Shown one piece after another: positions 18,104-27,226 of a stretch of 64,000 bases of DNA (position 1 is its first letter; every line of letters starts with the position of its first letter). The notes beneath the pieces are model-generated. The model made no database searches and was not told the DNA's origin. It saw only the letters and a list, made by a program, of their open reading frames with translations. This DNA comes from a virus. The translations under genes and the position numbers were made by a program. Location of the stretch: IMG/VR virus record IMGVR_UViG_3300034066_002191; one strand, given 5' to 3'.

Positions 18104-18185
18104 CGGAGAATAATAGAATCGAACTATCAGGTGTTATCCCGGCATCGTTTTCAAGACGATTTACCGACCATCGGTGCTATTCTCC
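18104..18185 (-). tRNA. tRNA-Ser(UGA), non-canonical (8/4-type) cloverleaf
   Basis: ATCGT-CT-TGA-AA-ACGAT, long variable arm, G73, GGAGAATA/TATTCTCC acceptor. Confidence 0.8.
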
Positions 18186-18198
18186 ACATGTATGGGCA

Positions 18199-18450
18199 TT
18201 ACTTAACTTCAAAATCCAATCTACGAATTTTTCTTTGCCTTCTGGCCTCTTGCCACATAATATCTTCATTTGTCAAGACTCTAGTAGATTCTTTTTGATT
18301 ATAAGAATTCAACATTACTATCCTAGACAGATCTACTGCTGATATTTTATCGCCTTTGATGGTTGCCATATTTGAGCACCCACAAGATCTCGATTGCCCT
18401 GGATGTTCTGTCACCTCAGTATTGCATTCTTTGCATCTTATTTTTAACAT
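18199..18450 (-). CDS. hypothetical Zn-ribbon protein
   Basis: CKEC...CGC. Confidence 0.75.
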   Translation of the reverse strand: MLKIRCKECNTEVTEHPGQSRSCGCSNMATIKGDKISAVDLSRIVMLNSYNQKESTRVLTNEDIMWQEARRQRKIRRLDFEVK

Positions 18451-18544
18451 TTTGATTCATTATGAATTTATTTGATTTTATTATTTATCATTAAAAACTC
18501 ACCTTCTTATGGGGAAGGTGAGTGAAAAATGCTGTTAAGGATCA

Positions 18545-18615
18545 AGCGGGCAACGAGGATCGAACTCGTGACTGGAGCTTGGAAGGCTCAGATGTTACCG
18601 CTACACCATGCCCGC
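18545..18615 (-). tRNA. tRNA-Gly(UCC)
   Basis: GAGC-CT-TCC-AA-GCTC arm, GCGGGCA/TGCCCGC acceptor; promoter TTGACA-N17-TATAAT at 18656-18628. Confidence 0.93.
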
Positions 18616-18652
18616 AGTAATAAGGGAATTATACCCTATTTATGATTTTATG

Positions 18653-18841
18653 TCAAGGGTTCTTGTGTACTACTTCAAGATCAACACCAATAGCACGAAG
18701 CCAAGTATTTACATTTTCCATAAGAAATTCATCATCTGGATTTTCAAAGTTAATACGAATATCACGAATTGTGTCATGATTATCATTCCTAGAGGAATAA
18801 CTAAGATCATAAGAAACATTCAAAACTTGTTTTTTGGCCAT
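18653..18841 (-). CDS. hypothetical protein
   Basis: 62-aa ORF between tRNAs. Confidence 0.6.
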   Translation of the reverse strand: MAKKQVLNVSYDLSYSSRNDNHDTIRDIRINFENPDDEFLMENVNTWLRAIGVDLEVVHKNP

Positions 18842-18880
18842 AATTATTCAAAATACAATAAAGAGATAATTAATATCTCA

Positions 18881-18960
18881 TACTCGAAACAGGAATCGAA
18901 CCTGCAAGCCGAAGCGGTTGATTTTGAGTCAACTGTGTATACCAATTCCACCATTCGAGC
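18881..18960 (-). tRNA. tRNA-Leu(CAA)
   Basis: GTTGA-CT-CAA-AA-TCAAC, variable arm with TTCG loop. Confidence 0.92.
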
Positions 18961-19037
18961 TGGCGTCTCAGGTTGGATTCGAACCAACGGCTAACCGCTT
19001 AGAAGGCGGATACTCTATTCCACTGAGTTACTGAGAC
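18961..19037 (-). tRNA. tRNA-Arg(UCU), CCA encoded
   Basis: CCGC-CT-TCT-AA-GCGG; promoter TTGACA-N17-TATGAT at 19074-19046. Confidence 0.93.
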
Positions 19038-19075
19038 ATAAGACAATCATAAGACATTCATCTTAGATTGTCAAG

Positions 19076-19149
19076 TGGAAACACTGGGGATTGAACCCAG
19101 AACCTCACGCTTATAAGGCGTGTGCTCTAACCAGTTGAGCTATGTTTCC
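19076..19149 (-). tRNA. tRNA-Ile(UAU)
   Basis: CACGC-CT-TAT-AA-GCGTG; promoter TTGACA-N17-TATAAT at 19187-19159. Confidence 0.9.
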
Positions 19150-19187
19150 GATAGGGTAATTATACCATATAAAAGATGAAATGTCAA

Positions 19188-19262
19188 TACCCGTGGTGGG
19201 ACTCGAACCCACACTGTATAGATTTTAAGTCTACTGTCTGCTGCCAATTGGACTACACGGGC
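19188..19262 (-). tRNA. tRNA-Leu(UAA), short variable loop
   Basis: GTAGA-CT-TAA-AA-TCTAT; promoter TTGACA-N17-TATAGT at 19336-19308. Confidence 0.88.
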
Positions 19263-19319
19263 ATAAACTGAATTTAATGAACTTAAATCCCTTGGACCAA
19301 CAAGACAACTATACCACAT

Positions 19320-19715
19320 TCAAGGGCAGTTGTCAACCCACGGAGCACAAATTCGGATTTCTCCTCCCAGTGCTCGACACTCATCAGTATAGCACACAGA
19401 GGTGTCTACTGGTTTTTCTGAGCGCCTTGGTTCTGATATTATAACAGATCCATCGTCACCTGTCAAGCGTTCATACTCACGAATTGCCTTGTCTACAGTC
19501 CGCTCCACATCTCGTTCTACTATACCATGATCTTTTTGTAGTTCCGGTATTAGTGAGGAATCTGGTTGATATGTTTGCAGATATTCGTAAACAATGTCCC
19601 AAATATGTTTTTGATCTATCTTTAAGCACGAGGAAAGAGATGCTATTATTAAAGATAGGACTACAATAGTTTTAATAGGTGCTTTCTTTTTACCAAAATG
19701 AAATTTAACTTTCAT
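19320..19715 (-). CDS. hypothetical membrane/lipoprotein
   Basis: Basic N-terminus, hydrophobic helix ending LSSC (lipobox-like), Cys-rich C-terminus. Confidence 0.7.
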   Translation of the reverse strand: MKVKFHFGKKKAPIKTIVVLSLIIASLSSCLKIDQKHIWDIVYEYLQTYQPDSSLIPELQKDHGIVERDVERTVDKAIREYERLTGDDGSVIISEPRRSEKPVDTSVCYTDECRALGGEIRICAPWVDNCP

Positions 19716-19757
19716 AAGAAAAGGGGAGCATCAGTCCCCTTTATTTATTCTGTTGTA

Positions 19758-20426
19758 TTAAACTTCTACCATGATTAGTCGGTTAGCATACTCATGTGCA
19801 TAAGATGTGCGAGCACCATGATGTCCCCAACCAATCCAACTATACGCATAGTCCATGTAACGATTGATAGACTTACCAGGAGTTTTCATCCTGTCCTCAA
19901 TTCGTTGCCATTGAACTTCAGTCGTTAGATAACGAAGTTGCGTGTGAAGTGATGATGGAGAACCACCATACCTCTTAGCAAAATCACCCAATCCATAATA
20001 ACGATCGGCAGATGTCCATTGAATCAGTCCGTAACCACGACCGCAGTTACCCCAACTAGTTCTGCTACCACCTTCACATATATTAGGCACAAATGTTGAT
20101 TCCTGCATAATATTGCCCATGATGGTAGCAAGGGCGTTTCTGTCTTTAACACCACGATCCTGGAAAAATGCCAGGGTAGCATTCTCATGTTCATTACACC
20201 CTTTACAAATTAGCCTTGTCTGTTTTGGCTTTGGTGCTGCAACCTCTCGGATTGCTGTCTTCCTTTCATCTACAAGATCAAACTCTTTGATAATAACAAA
20301 TGGTTTGGTTGTTGGTTCAACTGGGGGAGGAGGTCCCTGCATCTTGTAGTTGACGAATGGCAGTGATGCCGTACTGGTTGTAACCGCTGCCAAGATGGGC
20401 ATGGCTACTGTAAAGAAATTTTGCAT
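19758..20426 (-). CDS. secreted lysozyme-like protein (phage tail lysozyme family)
   Basis: Signal peptide, ATIMGNIMQES, GYGLIQWT, TQLRYL. Confidence 0.78.
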   Translation of the reverse strand: MQNFFTVAMPILAAVTTSTASLPFVNYKMQGPPPPVEPTTKPFVIIKEFDLVDERKTAIREVAAPKPKQTRLICKGCNEHENATLAFFQDRGVKDRNALATIMGNIMQESTFVPNICEGGSRTSWGNCGRGYGLIQWTSADRYYGLGDFAKRYGGSPSSLHTQLRYLTTEVQWQRIEDRMKTPGKSINRYMDYAYSWIGWGHHGARTSYAHEYANRLIMVEV

Positions 20427-20436
20427 TAAAATTAAT

Positions 20437-20503
20437 TGAACTCTACATCCGTATAGGCAAAGGAGAAGTTCCCTCTTCTCAGAGGGCAGCGCCCACGGCT
20501 CTA
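20437..20503 (-). ncRNA. structured, pseudoknotted 5' leader RNA of the lysozyme-like gene
   Basis: CCGUGGGC/GCCUAUACGG stem enclosing CCCUCU-GAGA-AGAGGG; GAACUU pairs with downstream GAGUUC. Confidence 0.55.
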
Positions 20504-20583
20504 ATTGTCACGATCAAAGTCTCATAATAAAAAACCCTGCTCATAACAGGGATTTTACATTATAAGTGAATATTTAGGATTTG

Positions 20584-20766
20584 TCAATCAAGAGTCATGA
20601 TTTCGATATCATCATCTAAATCAGAAGTAAGCCACTCAGAAAATTCTTCTTCCAGTGCAATGGCATTTTCAATTTGGTTTTTCTTTGTCAATTTAGAAAA
20701 CCTATCGATACTCCAATCACGAATATCGAGAATCAGGTTTTCCATTGAGGTTTGGTCGTCAGTCAT
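20584..20766 (-). CDS. hypothetical protein
   Basis: ORF from MTDDQ; TTGACA-N17-TACTAT upstream. Confidence 0.65.
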   Translation of the reverse strand: MTDDQTSMENLILDIRDWSIDRFSKLTKKNQIENAIALEEEFSEWLTSDLDDDIEIMTLD

Positions 20767-20817
20767 AAATACTTGTTGATTCCAAATCATAGTAAACCAT
20801 AGTGGTAGGTCTGTCAA

Positions 20818-21234
20818 GTGTGGAATATAAAAGGAAAAGTGATCGATGAAGTGCCGGATGGCATGGAAGGATTTGTATATCTTATTACAAATCTGGAAAA
20901 TGGAAAAAAATATGTCGGAAAAAAAACTTTTTGGGAAAGAAGAAAAGACAGAAAAACCGGAAGAAGAAAAAAGAAAGAAGGTAATTGGAAAAATTACTTT
21001 GGATCTTGTGATGAATTGATTGCTGATGTGAAATTATTGGGGGAAGACAAATTTCTCCGCGAGATATTATATCTCTGTCCACATAAAAAATCCATGAGTT
21101 TCTATGAAACCATGGAACAGTTTAAAAGAGATGTAATTTTAAGAGAAGATTATTACAATACCAATGTAGAAGGTAAATTCTTTAGTTCAGAAAAAGACAA
21201 CATCTATGGTATCGTAATTAAATCTGAAGACTAA
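20818..21234 (+). CDS. GIY-YIG family endonuclease
   Basis: GFVYLITN..NGKKYVGKK, YFGS, E..., YYN. Confidence 0.85.
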   Translation: MWNIKGKVIDEVPDGMEGFVYLITNLENGKKYVGKKTFWERRKDRKTGRRKKKEGNWKNYFGSCDELIADVKLLGEDKFLREILYLCPHKKSMSFYETMEQFKRDVILREDYYNTNVEGKFFSSEKDNIYGIVIKSED

Positions 21235-21259
21235 AAAAGGGAGCTAGATGCTCCCTTTT
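21233..21259. terminator. bidirectional intrinsic terminator
   Basis: AAAAAAGGGAGC-TAGAT-GCTCCCTTTT between convergent genes. Confidence 0.85.
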
Positions 21260-21268
21260 GGCTTATGA

Positions 21269-22609
21269 TCAGCCTTCTAGATACATTTCAGTGAGTTCTA
21301 AAATTGACTCTTCTGAGAGATTTTCTAGAATTTCAAATGCATCTTCATAAGTATCAGCATAACCTTCATTAATAAAATCTTCTAGAATATATTGTGCTAG
21401 GAGTTCAAAATCAACTGATTCTCTTTGTGTTTCGGAATATCCAGCTCCTTTCAAATTAAGAGGCAATTGTCTTTTGCCGCTACCGCCTTTTGATTTTCTG
21501 GCAGCTCCAAATTTTCTTTGACCACCAGAAGGAACTTTTACATCAGCACCAGCACTTTTTCCTGCAACTGGTTTGGTAAATAAAGTGGTTTGACCAGACT
21601 TTTCAGTTGGATATCTTCTTTCAGAAGAAGCTGGAGTAGCAGAATCAACTGCTCTCTGTCTCATGCCAGTTGAAGCCTTTCTTTCTGCAGAAGCTCGTTC
21701 ACGAGCAGCAAATGAAGCGGGAGTTCTTGTCACAGAAGGTGTAGATCTACCGGAAGAGGTAGAACTGAATGGATCGCCAACTGCCTGTCTGGCAGCATCT
21801 GCTCTACGAGCATTATTTGCAGCAAGATCTGCTCTACTCATAGGTTTAGTTTCTCCAGAGCCCCTACCAGCTCTACCTACCATAGCTCCTGCCTTACGGA
21901 GAAGTCTACCAATAGTTTTACGCTTAGAGCCAGTTTTGCTAGCGGCTTCTATTCCGGCTGTTCTGGCTTTACTACGCGCCAAAACAGAAGACCCACCATA
22001 ACTAGCTCCAGCTGCGGAGGTTTGTGCTTTCTTTTGGGCTCCCTCACCAGATTTTTCAATTTTTTGTCCAGCAGCAGTGGCACCTTTACGAACGAGACCC
22101 TTCAGAGCAGCCATAGCTCTACCAGGAAGACCCTTAGCACGCTCATAAGCACCAGCAGCAGCTTGTTTGCCAGCTCTCATGGCACCCATAGCAGCAGATC
22201 CAGCACCAGTTGCCGCACCCTGCACTGCCTTACCTGCTGATCTGAGAGCACCAGTTACAGCAGCTTTTCTTGCTTCTTTTCTTGCTTGTGACTTTTCTCC
22301 AGAAACTTGCTGTAGAGTTGCTTGTCTTTCTGCTTTTCTTTGTGCCATCCTTTGAGGAGACATTCTAACGGCTTCAAATAGAGCCTCTTCTAGAATCACA
22401 TCATCAGAAAATACACTCTCAATTAAATTATAAGACTCATCAAGAGTATTACCATAATCCATAAACTCCCAAAGAAGAGATTCCATGACCTCTTCAATTT
22501 CCTCTTGCATGAGATAGTCTACGAATCTAAGATTCTCATAGAATGTCTCATCAGCTTTTCTTGGGTTGTATAGGTTACCGTAAGCTTCGGTTAAATAGTA
22601 TTTCGACAT
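21269..22609 (-). CDS. late protein, putative internal head/core protein
   Basis: TATAAATA at 22649-22642; LTEAY N-terminus, basic Ala/Arg/Gly-rich middle, acidic EGYADT C-terminal domain. Confidence 0.7.
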   Translation of the reverse strand: MSKYYLTEAYGNLYNPRKADETFYENLRFVDYLMQEEIEEVMESLLWEFMDYGNTLDESYNLIESVFSDDVILEEALFEAVRMSPQRMAQRKAERQATLQQVSGEKSQARKEARKAAVTGALRSAGKAVQGAATGAGSAAMGAMRAGKQAAAGAYERAKGLPGRAMAALKGLVRKGATAAGQKIEKSGEGAQKKAQTSAAGASYGGSSVLARSKARTAGIEAASKTGSKRKTIGRLLRKAGAMVGRAGRGSGETKPMSRADLAANNARRADAARQAVGDPFSSTSSGRSTPSVTRTPASFAARERASAERKASTGMRQRAVDSATPASSERRYPTEKSGQTTLFTKPVAGKSAGADVKVPSGGQRKFGAARKSKGGSGKRQLPLNLKGAGYSETQRESVDFELLAQYILEDFINEGYADTYEDAFEILENLSEESILELTEMYLEG

Positions 22610-22676
22610 TTGTATAAAAAAATTCTTATTTGTCTTTATGTATTTATAAAAAAAGGGAGCTTATGCTCCCTTAAAA

Positions 22677-23858
22677 TTAAAGTTTAAATCCGCTAAAAGT
22701 ATCAGTTTTCATATCTTGTTTGATGCCACCAATTAAGTATTGCTCTGCTTCCACTTCTTGTGGGGCCACTTGAAGACCTTTAGACTCAATCCAATGGGAA
22801 GTCCAAGGAAGTGGATTATTATTTGCAGCAATATTGTATTGTGGTTTTAATCCTATTGATTTCAATCTACGATTCGCAATCCATTCAACATATTGCTGGA
22901 GAAGTTTATCATTAAGTCCAATCATGCTACCATCTTTAAACAGATAATCTGCCCATTTCTTTTCTTCGTTTACTGCACGGTCAAACATTTTATAGACCCA
23001 TGCCTCTTCTTCTTTAGCAATTTGCTTCATTTCCGGATCATCGCCATCACGCCATTTGTTTAATATATTTTGAGTAATAACTAGATGTTGATTTTCGTCT
23101 CTGGCAATTAAAGAGATGATCTTTGCTGATCCTTCCATGAGCTTAAGTTCGCCGAATGCGAAACTACAAGCAAAACTAACGTAGAACCTAATACCTTCAA
23201 GAATGTTAACATTTGCGATTGCTCTATAGAGTTTTCTCTTAACATCGTTGAGTGTTTCCTTTGCGTATGTGACTCCCTCAAGATTATGCATCCAAGTATC
23301 GGATACACCATATTGTTGTGCGGATTGAATAAAGTCATCATAAGATTCTGTAACGCTCTTAGCACGCTCTAGAATGCGATCATCAGTAATGATAGTATCA
23401 AACACCTCAGATGGATCAGAATAAACATTTTTGATAATGTAAGTATATGAGCGACTATGAATCATTTCCATGAACCCCCACACTTCCATACATGCTTCCA
23501 GTTCAGGAAGTGAGCAATATGGAATAAATGCCATACCAGGGCCTCGACCTTGGATGGAATCAAGCATAATTTGATATTTCAAATTAGAAGTAAAAATATG
23601 CTTTTGTTCTGGCCTTAAAGTTTGATAATCTCCACGATCTTTTTGTAGTGAAACTTCTTCTGGTCTCCAGAAATAACTCAACTGCTGTTGAGTCAGTTTA
23701 TCAAAAATTGGATACTTGTACGAATCGTACCTCTGGACTCCCAGTGGCTTACCAAAAAACATTGGTTGTTTCTTGGTATTAACTTGTTCGGTGTTAAAGA
23801 CTGTCATTCCTTTAATTTTCGTTTGAGTATCTTCAGTAGAAGAAATTTTAAATTGCAT
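22677..23858 (-). CDS. nrdB: ribonucleotide reductase class Ia beta subunit
   Basis: FWRPEEV, EMIHSRSY, LEGIRFY, DENQH. Confidence 0.97.
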   Translation of the reverse strand: MQFKISSTEDTQTKIKGMTVFNTEQVNTKKQPMFFGKPLGVQRYDSYKYPIFDKLTQQQLSYFWRPEEVSLQKDRGDYQTLRPEQKHIFTSNLKYQIMLDSIQGRGPGMAFIPYCSLPELEACMEVWGFMEMIHSRSYTYIIKNVYSDPSEVFDTIITDDRILERAKSVTESYDDFIQSAQQYGVSDTWMHNLEGVTYAKETLNDVKRKLYRAIANVNILEGIRFYVSFACSFAFGELKLMEGSAKIISLIARDENQHLVITQNILNKWRDGDDPEMKQIAKEEEAWVYKMFDRAVNEEKKWADYLFKDGSMIGLNDKLLQQYVEWIANRRLKSIGLKPQYNIAANNNPLPWTSHWIESKGLQVAPQEVEAEQYLIGGIKQDMKTDTFSGFKL

Positions 23859-23892
23859 GTTAGTCCCCATTCACATTGAATATTTAAGCAAA

Positions 23893-26196
23893 TCAAATAG
23901 TACAACTTTCACAATCACTTTCCTGCGATTCCAAGATGTCATCCAATAATGATTGTAATTCTTGTTTTGGTTCTTCTGTTACCTCATCAGTTTTAATGTC
24001 ATAAGTGTTTTGGTAGTATGCCGTCTTATGTCCGTACTTATATGTGGTAAGAAAATCATTTGCCATCACTGAAACTGGCACCTCATTGTCTGGATAGTTT
24101 TCTGGATTATAAGACCAATTTCCAGAGATTGCCTGATCGAAGAACTTTTGCATCACAGCAACAATATTAATATAACCACGATTGGACTCCATATCCCAAA
24201 GAAGCGTATAATTGTTCTTAAGAGTGTGATATTGAGGAACAATCTGTTTGAGTGGACCTTTCTTGGATTTTTTAATGGACAAGTACCCTCTAGGAGGTTC
24301 AATTCCGTTGGTTGCATTTGACACAACGGAACTGCTCTCCGATGGCATTTGTGCGGACAATGTTGAGTGCCGAAGTCCATACTCCAAGATAGATGCTCTA
24401 AGAGTTTCCCAATCATGTTCCAAACCAATAGAAGAAATTTCGTCTACATCTTTTTTGTAAGTATCAACTGGAAGAATTCCATCAGCATACTTGGTACGAC
24501 CAAAGTATTCACAATGGCCTTTTTCTTTAGCAACTTGATTTGATGCCTTTAGAAGGTAATATTGAAATGACTCAGAAAGACCATGGACCGCATCCCATGC
24601 TTCTTGAGAATCATAATTGAATCCAAGTTTTGCCAAATAATGAGCGAGACCAATATACCCAATTCCCAATGATCTACGACGCTTTGTAAAGTTTTCTGCC
24701 GCTTTTACTGGATATTCCTGATAATCTATCAATTCATCCAAAGAACGAACGGTAAGATCACAGAGTTCTTCCAATTCTTCATCAGATTTCACTTTACCGA
24801 CATTAATAGCAGATAGAATACAGGTAGCAATCTCAGCATAATTATCATCGTCGATGTGCTGAATAGGTGTTGTCGGCTCAGTGATTTCTTGGCACAAATT
24901 ACTCATGGTAATTTGATCTTTATAAGAACTATGGGAATTACAATGATCTATATTCATTATGTAAATTCGACCAGTTTCTGCTCGTTCTTTTAAAACATTC
25001 AATATTAATTCTTGTGCCTTAACTTTTTTCTTTGGGATCGAAGGATTGTTTTCATAAGATACATAGAGATCATCGAATGTGGGTAGTCCAAAGTTATCAT
25101 AAAGTCCAGGCACATCGTTTGGAGAGAAGAGCGTGATTTCTTCATTTTTGATGAACCTCTCATAAAATATCTTACTAAATTGAATGGAATAATCTAGTTT
25201 ACGAACACGATTATCTTCTGTTCCTTTATTGTTTTTAAGAACAATAATATCTTCTATTTCTTGGTGCCAGATTGGGAAGTGGACTGTCGCGGATCCACCT
25301 CGTATGCCATTTTGCGTGCAACATCTGACAGTTGCTTCAAACTTCTTGAGAAATGGTACAACACCCGTATGTTGAACTTCTCCCCCTCTGATTTTGCCGT
25401 TGATGCCACGGATCCGACCAGCGTTGATGCCGATTCCCGCCCTCTGTGCAACATATCGACCAATAGCCATATCACTGCTAAAGATAGAATCGAGGGTGTC
25501 ATCAACATCAACAAGAACACAACTAGCAAATTGTCTAAGTGGCGTTCTAACTCCTGCCATGATGGGAGTTGGGATGTTGATTTTGTGCTTTGAGATTGCG
25601 TCATAATACCTCTTTATATAAGAAAGACGAGTTTCTTTTGGGTACCTAGAAAACATCGTAAGAGCAATCATAATGTACATAAATTGTGGGGTTTCGTACA
25701 ATTTGCCAGTACTACGATCTTGTACCAAATACTTATCTACGACTTGCCGTAATCCAGCATATGTAAACAAAAAGTCTCTGTCATGATCAATGTAAGAATT
25801 TACTTTATCAATATCTTCTTTTGAGTAATAGTCATAAATCTGATGATCATATATCTTCAAAGAAACGCAATTATTAATATGATCTTCCAAATGAGGAATA
25901 TCTATTGTCCCACCAAAGATTTTTTTACGAATAGAAAATAAAAGAAGTCGTGCCGCAACATACTGGTAATTGGGAGCTTCCAGAGAAATCAAATCAGAAG
26001 CAGATCTGATGAGTATTTCTTGGATTTCATCTGTGGTAATTCCATCATAAAATTGAATGCCAGATGTCATTTCTACTTGAGATGCAGAAACTCCGGAGAG
26101 CCCCCTACAAGCCTCACCAACCATCAGGTGCATCTTATCTAGAGCCAAACCCTCGATCCTTCCATTTCTTTTTTGGACTTTAATTCCGTTGGTCAT
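23893..26196 (-). CDS. nrdA: ribonucleotide reductase class Ia alpha subunit
   Basis: ATP cone, QFASC, SNLCQE, C-terminal CESC. Confidence 0.97.
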   Translation of the reverse strand: MTNGIKVQKRNGRIEGLALDKMHLMVGEACRGLSGVSASQVEMTSGIQFYDGITTDEIQEILIRSASDLISLEAPNYQYVAARLLLFSIRKKIFGGTIDIPHLEDHINNCVSLKIYDHQIYDYYSKEDIDKVNSYIDHDRDFLFTYAGLRQVVDKYLVQDRSTGKLYETPQFMYIMIALTMFSRYPKETRLSYIKRYYDAISKHKINIPTPIMAGVRTPLRQFASCVLVDVDDTLDSIFSSDMAIGRYVAQRAGIGINAGRIRGINGKIRGGEVQHTGVVPFLKKFEATVRCCTQNGIRGGSATVHFPIWHQEIEDIIVLKNNKGTEDNRVRKLDYSIQFSKIFYERFIKNEEITLFSPNDVPGLYDNFGLPTFDDLYVSYENNPSIPKKKVKAQELILNVLKERAETGRIYIMNIDHCNSHSSYKDQITMSNLCQEITEPTTPIQHIDDDNYAEIATCILSAINVGKVKSDEELEELCDLTVRSLDELIDYQEYPVKAAENFTKRRRSLGIGYIGLAHYLAKLGFNYDSQEAWDAVHGLSESFQYYLLKASNQVAKEKGHCEYFGRTKYADGILPVDTYKKDVDEISSIGLEHDWETLRASILEYGLRHSTLSAQMPSESSSVVSNATNGIEPPRGYLSIKKSKKGPLKQIVPQYHTLKNNYTLLWDMESNRGYINIVAVMQKFFDQAISGNWSYNPENYPDNEVPVSVMANDFLTTYKYGHKTAYYQNTYDIKTDEVTEEPKQELQSLLDDILESQESDCESCTI

Positions 26197-27167
26197 ACTT
26201 TTTTCCATTCGTTAAACTTAAGTTTTGCTTCTAAGCCAGAGTAAGTATTTAATTCTATCATAGATTGGACATTATGTCCAGACAGAAACATTTCATTTAC
26301 ATCTTTTTCTTTAATCGTAATTGGCCATATTACGATTGAATCGCCAGACTGAATTTTAGAATCCATTCTTTTATGAATTTCTATATTCCTCGGCTCATTA
26401 TCATAAACATAAACTGGACGAGAAATATTTAGATCTACTAAGTTCAAATCGGATCCACACATTGCAATTGAATTTTTAATAAATGTAGAATCGAATGGAC
26501 CTTCTAGTACATAAACGAATTGTTCCAAATCCACATCATCATAACCATAAAGTTTTGGAGAATCTTTATCTAACATTATGGTAATATATTTTATTGGACT
26601 AGGGTCCAACGATCTTCCCTGGAATCCAACTAATTCTTTTTTATAATACAATGGAATTATTATTCTAGGTTCTTCATATTTTAAACTTTTTTCATCAAAT
26701 GTATGGATTAAAGAATTGGTCCATTCTTTAAATTTTTCTGCGTAGTAAAATTTAGATGCGTCCAATTTTCTATATTCTAGATACCGTTTTGACCTTTCGT
26801 TTTCTGAAGCTTTAGGTAAATTTAATCTAGTTTTAAATTTAGGCGTTTGAAACTTAAATTTTGGAGCCTCTGCTGTGAAGTTCTTTCCAGTAAATCCGGA
26901 GGAATATTTTTCCAAACAATATTCTTGATGCAGAACTGGATCAAATGTTTTTAAGAAATTATTAAGTGACACATTAATTCCACAATTATGACACTTATAA
27001 TTTGTATTATTTTTTACAGAGTAAAAATATCCCCTTGCTCTGGATTTGTTCTTCCTAGAATCTCCACAAATTGGACATCTGCAGTTGTATAGATTCTGGT
27101 TCTTTTTCGCAAATTTATCTACTCTCGAAGATATAAGATTGATGTACTTATCATCAATTAGATCCAT
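26193..27167 (-). CDS. gp61: DNA primase gp61
   Basis: CPICGDS..CHNC, EGPFDS, YDNEPRN; promoter TTGACG-N17-TATACT upstream. Confidence 0.95.
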   Translation of the reverse strand: MDLIDDKYINLISSRVDKFAKKNQNLYNCRCPICGDSRKNKSRARGYFYSVKNNTNYKCHNCGINVSLNNFLKTFDPVLHQEYCLEKYSSGFTGKNFTAEAPKFKFQTPKFKTRLNLPKASENERSKRYLEYRKLDASKFYYAEKFKEWTNSLIHTFDEKSLKYEEPRIIIPLYYKKELVGFQGRSLDPSPIKYITIMLDKDSPKLYGYDDVDLEQFVYVLEGPFDSTFIKNSIAMCGSDLNLVDLNISRPVYVYDNEPRNIEIHKRMDSKIQSGDSIVIWPITIKEKDVNEMFLSGHNVQSMIELNTYSGLEAKLKFNEWKKV

Positions 27168-27226
27168 AATCTAAAATTAACCTTTGGTTCTTCAGTATAC
27201 CACCAATAGCCCAGAGCGTCAAGCCC

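Noticed and set aside
18104-18185. Selenocysteine or suppressor tRNA interpretation
   Set aside because: The anticodon is UGA (reads UCA, Ser), not UCA; ORFs terminate normally at all three stop codons, so there is no sign of genetic-code reassignment.
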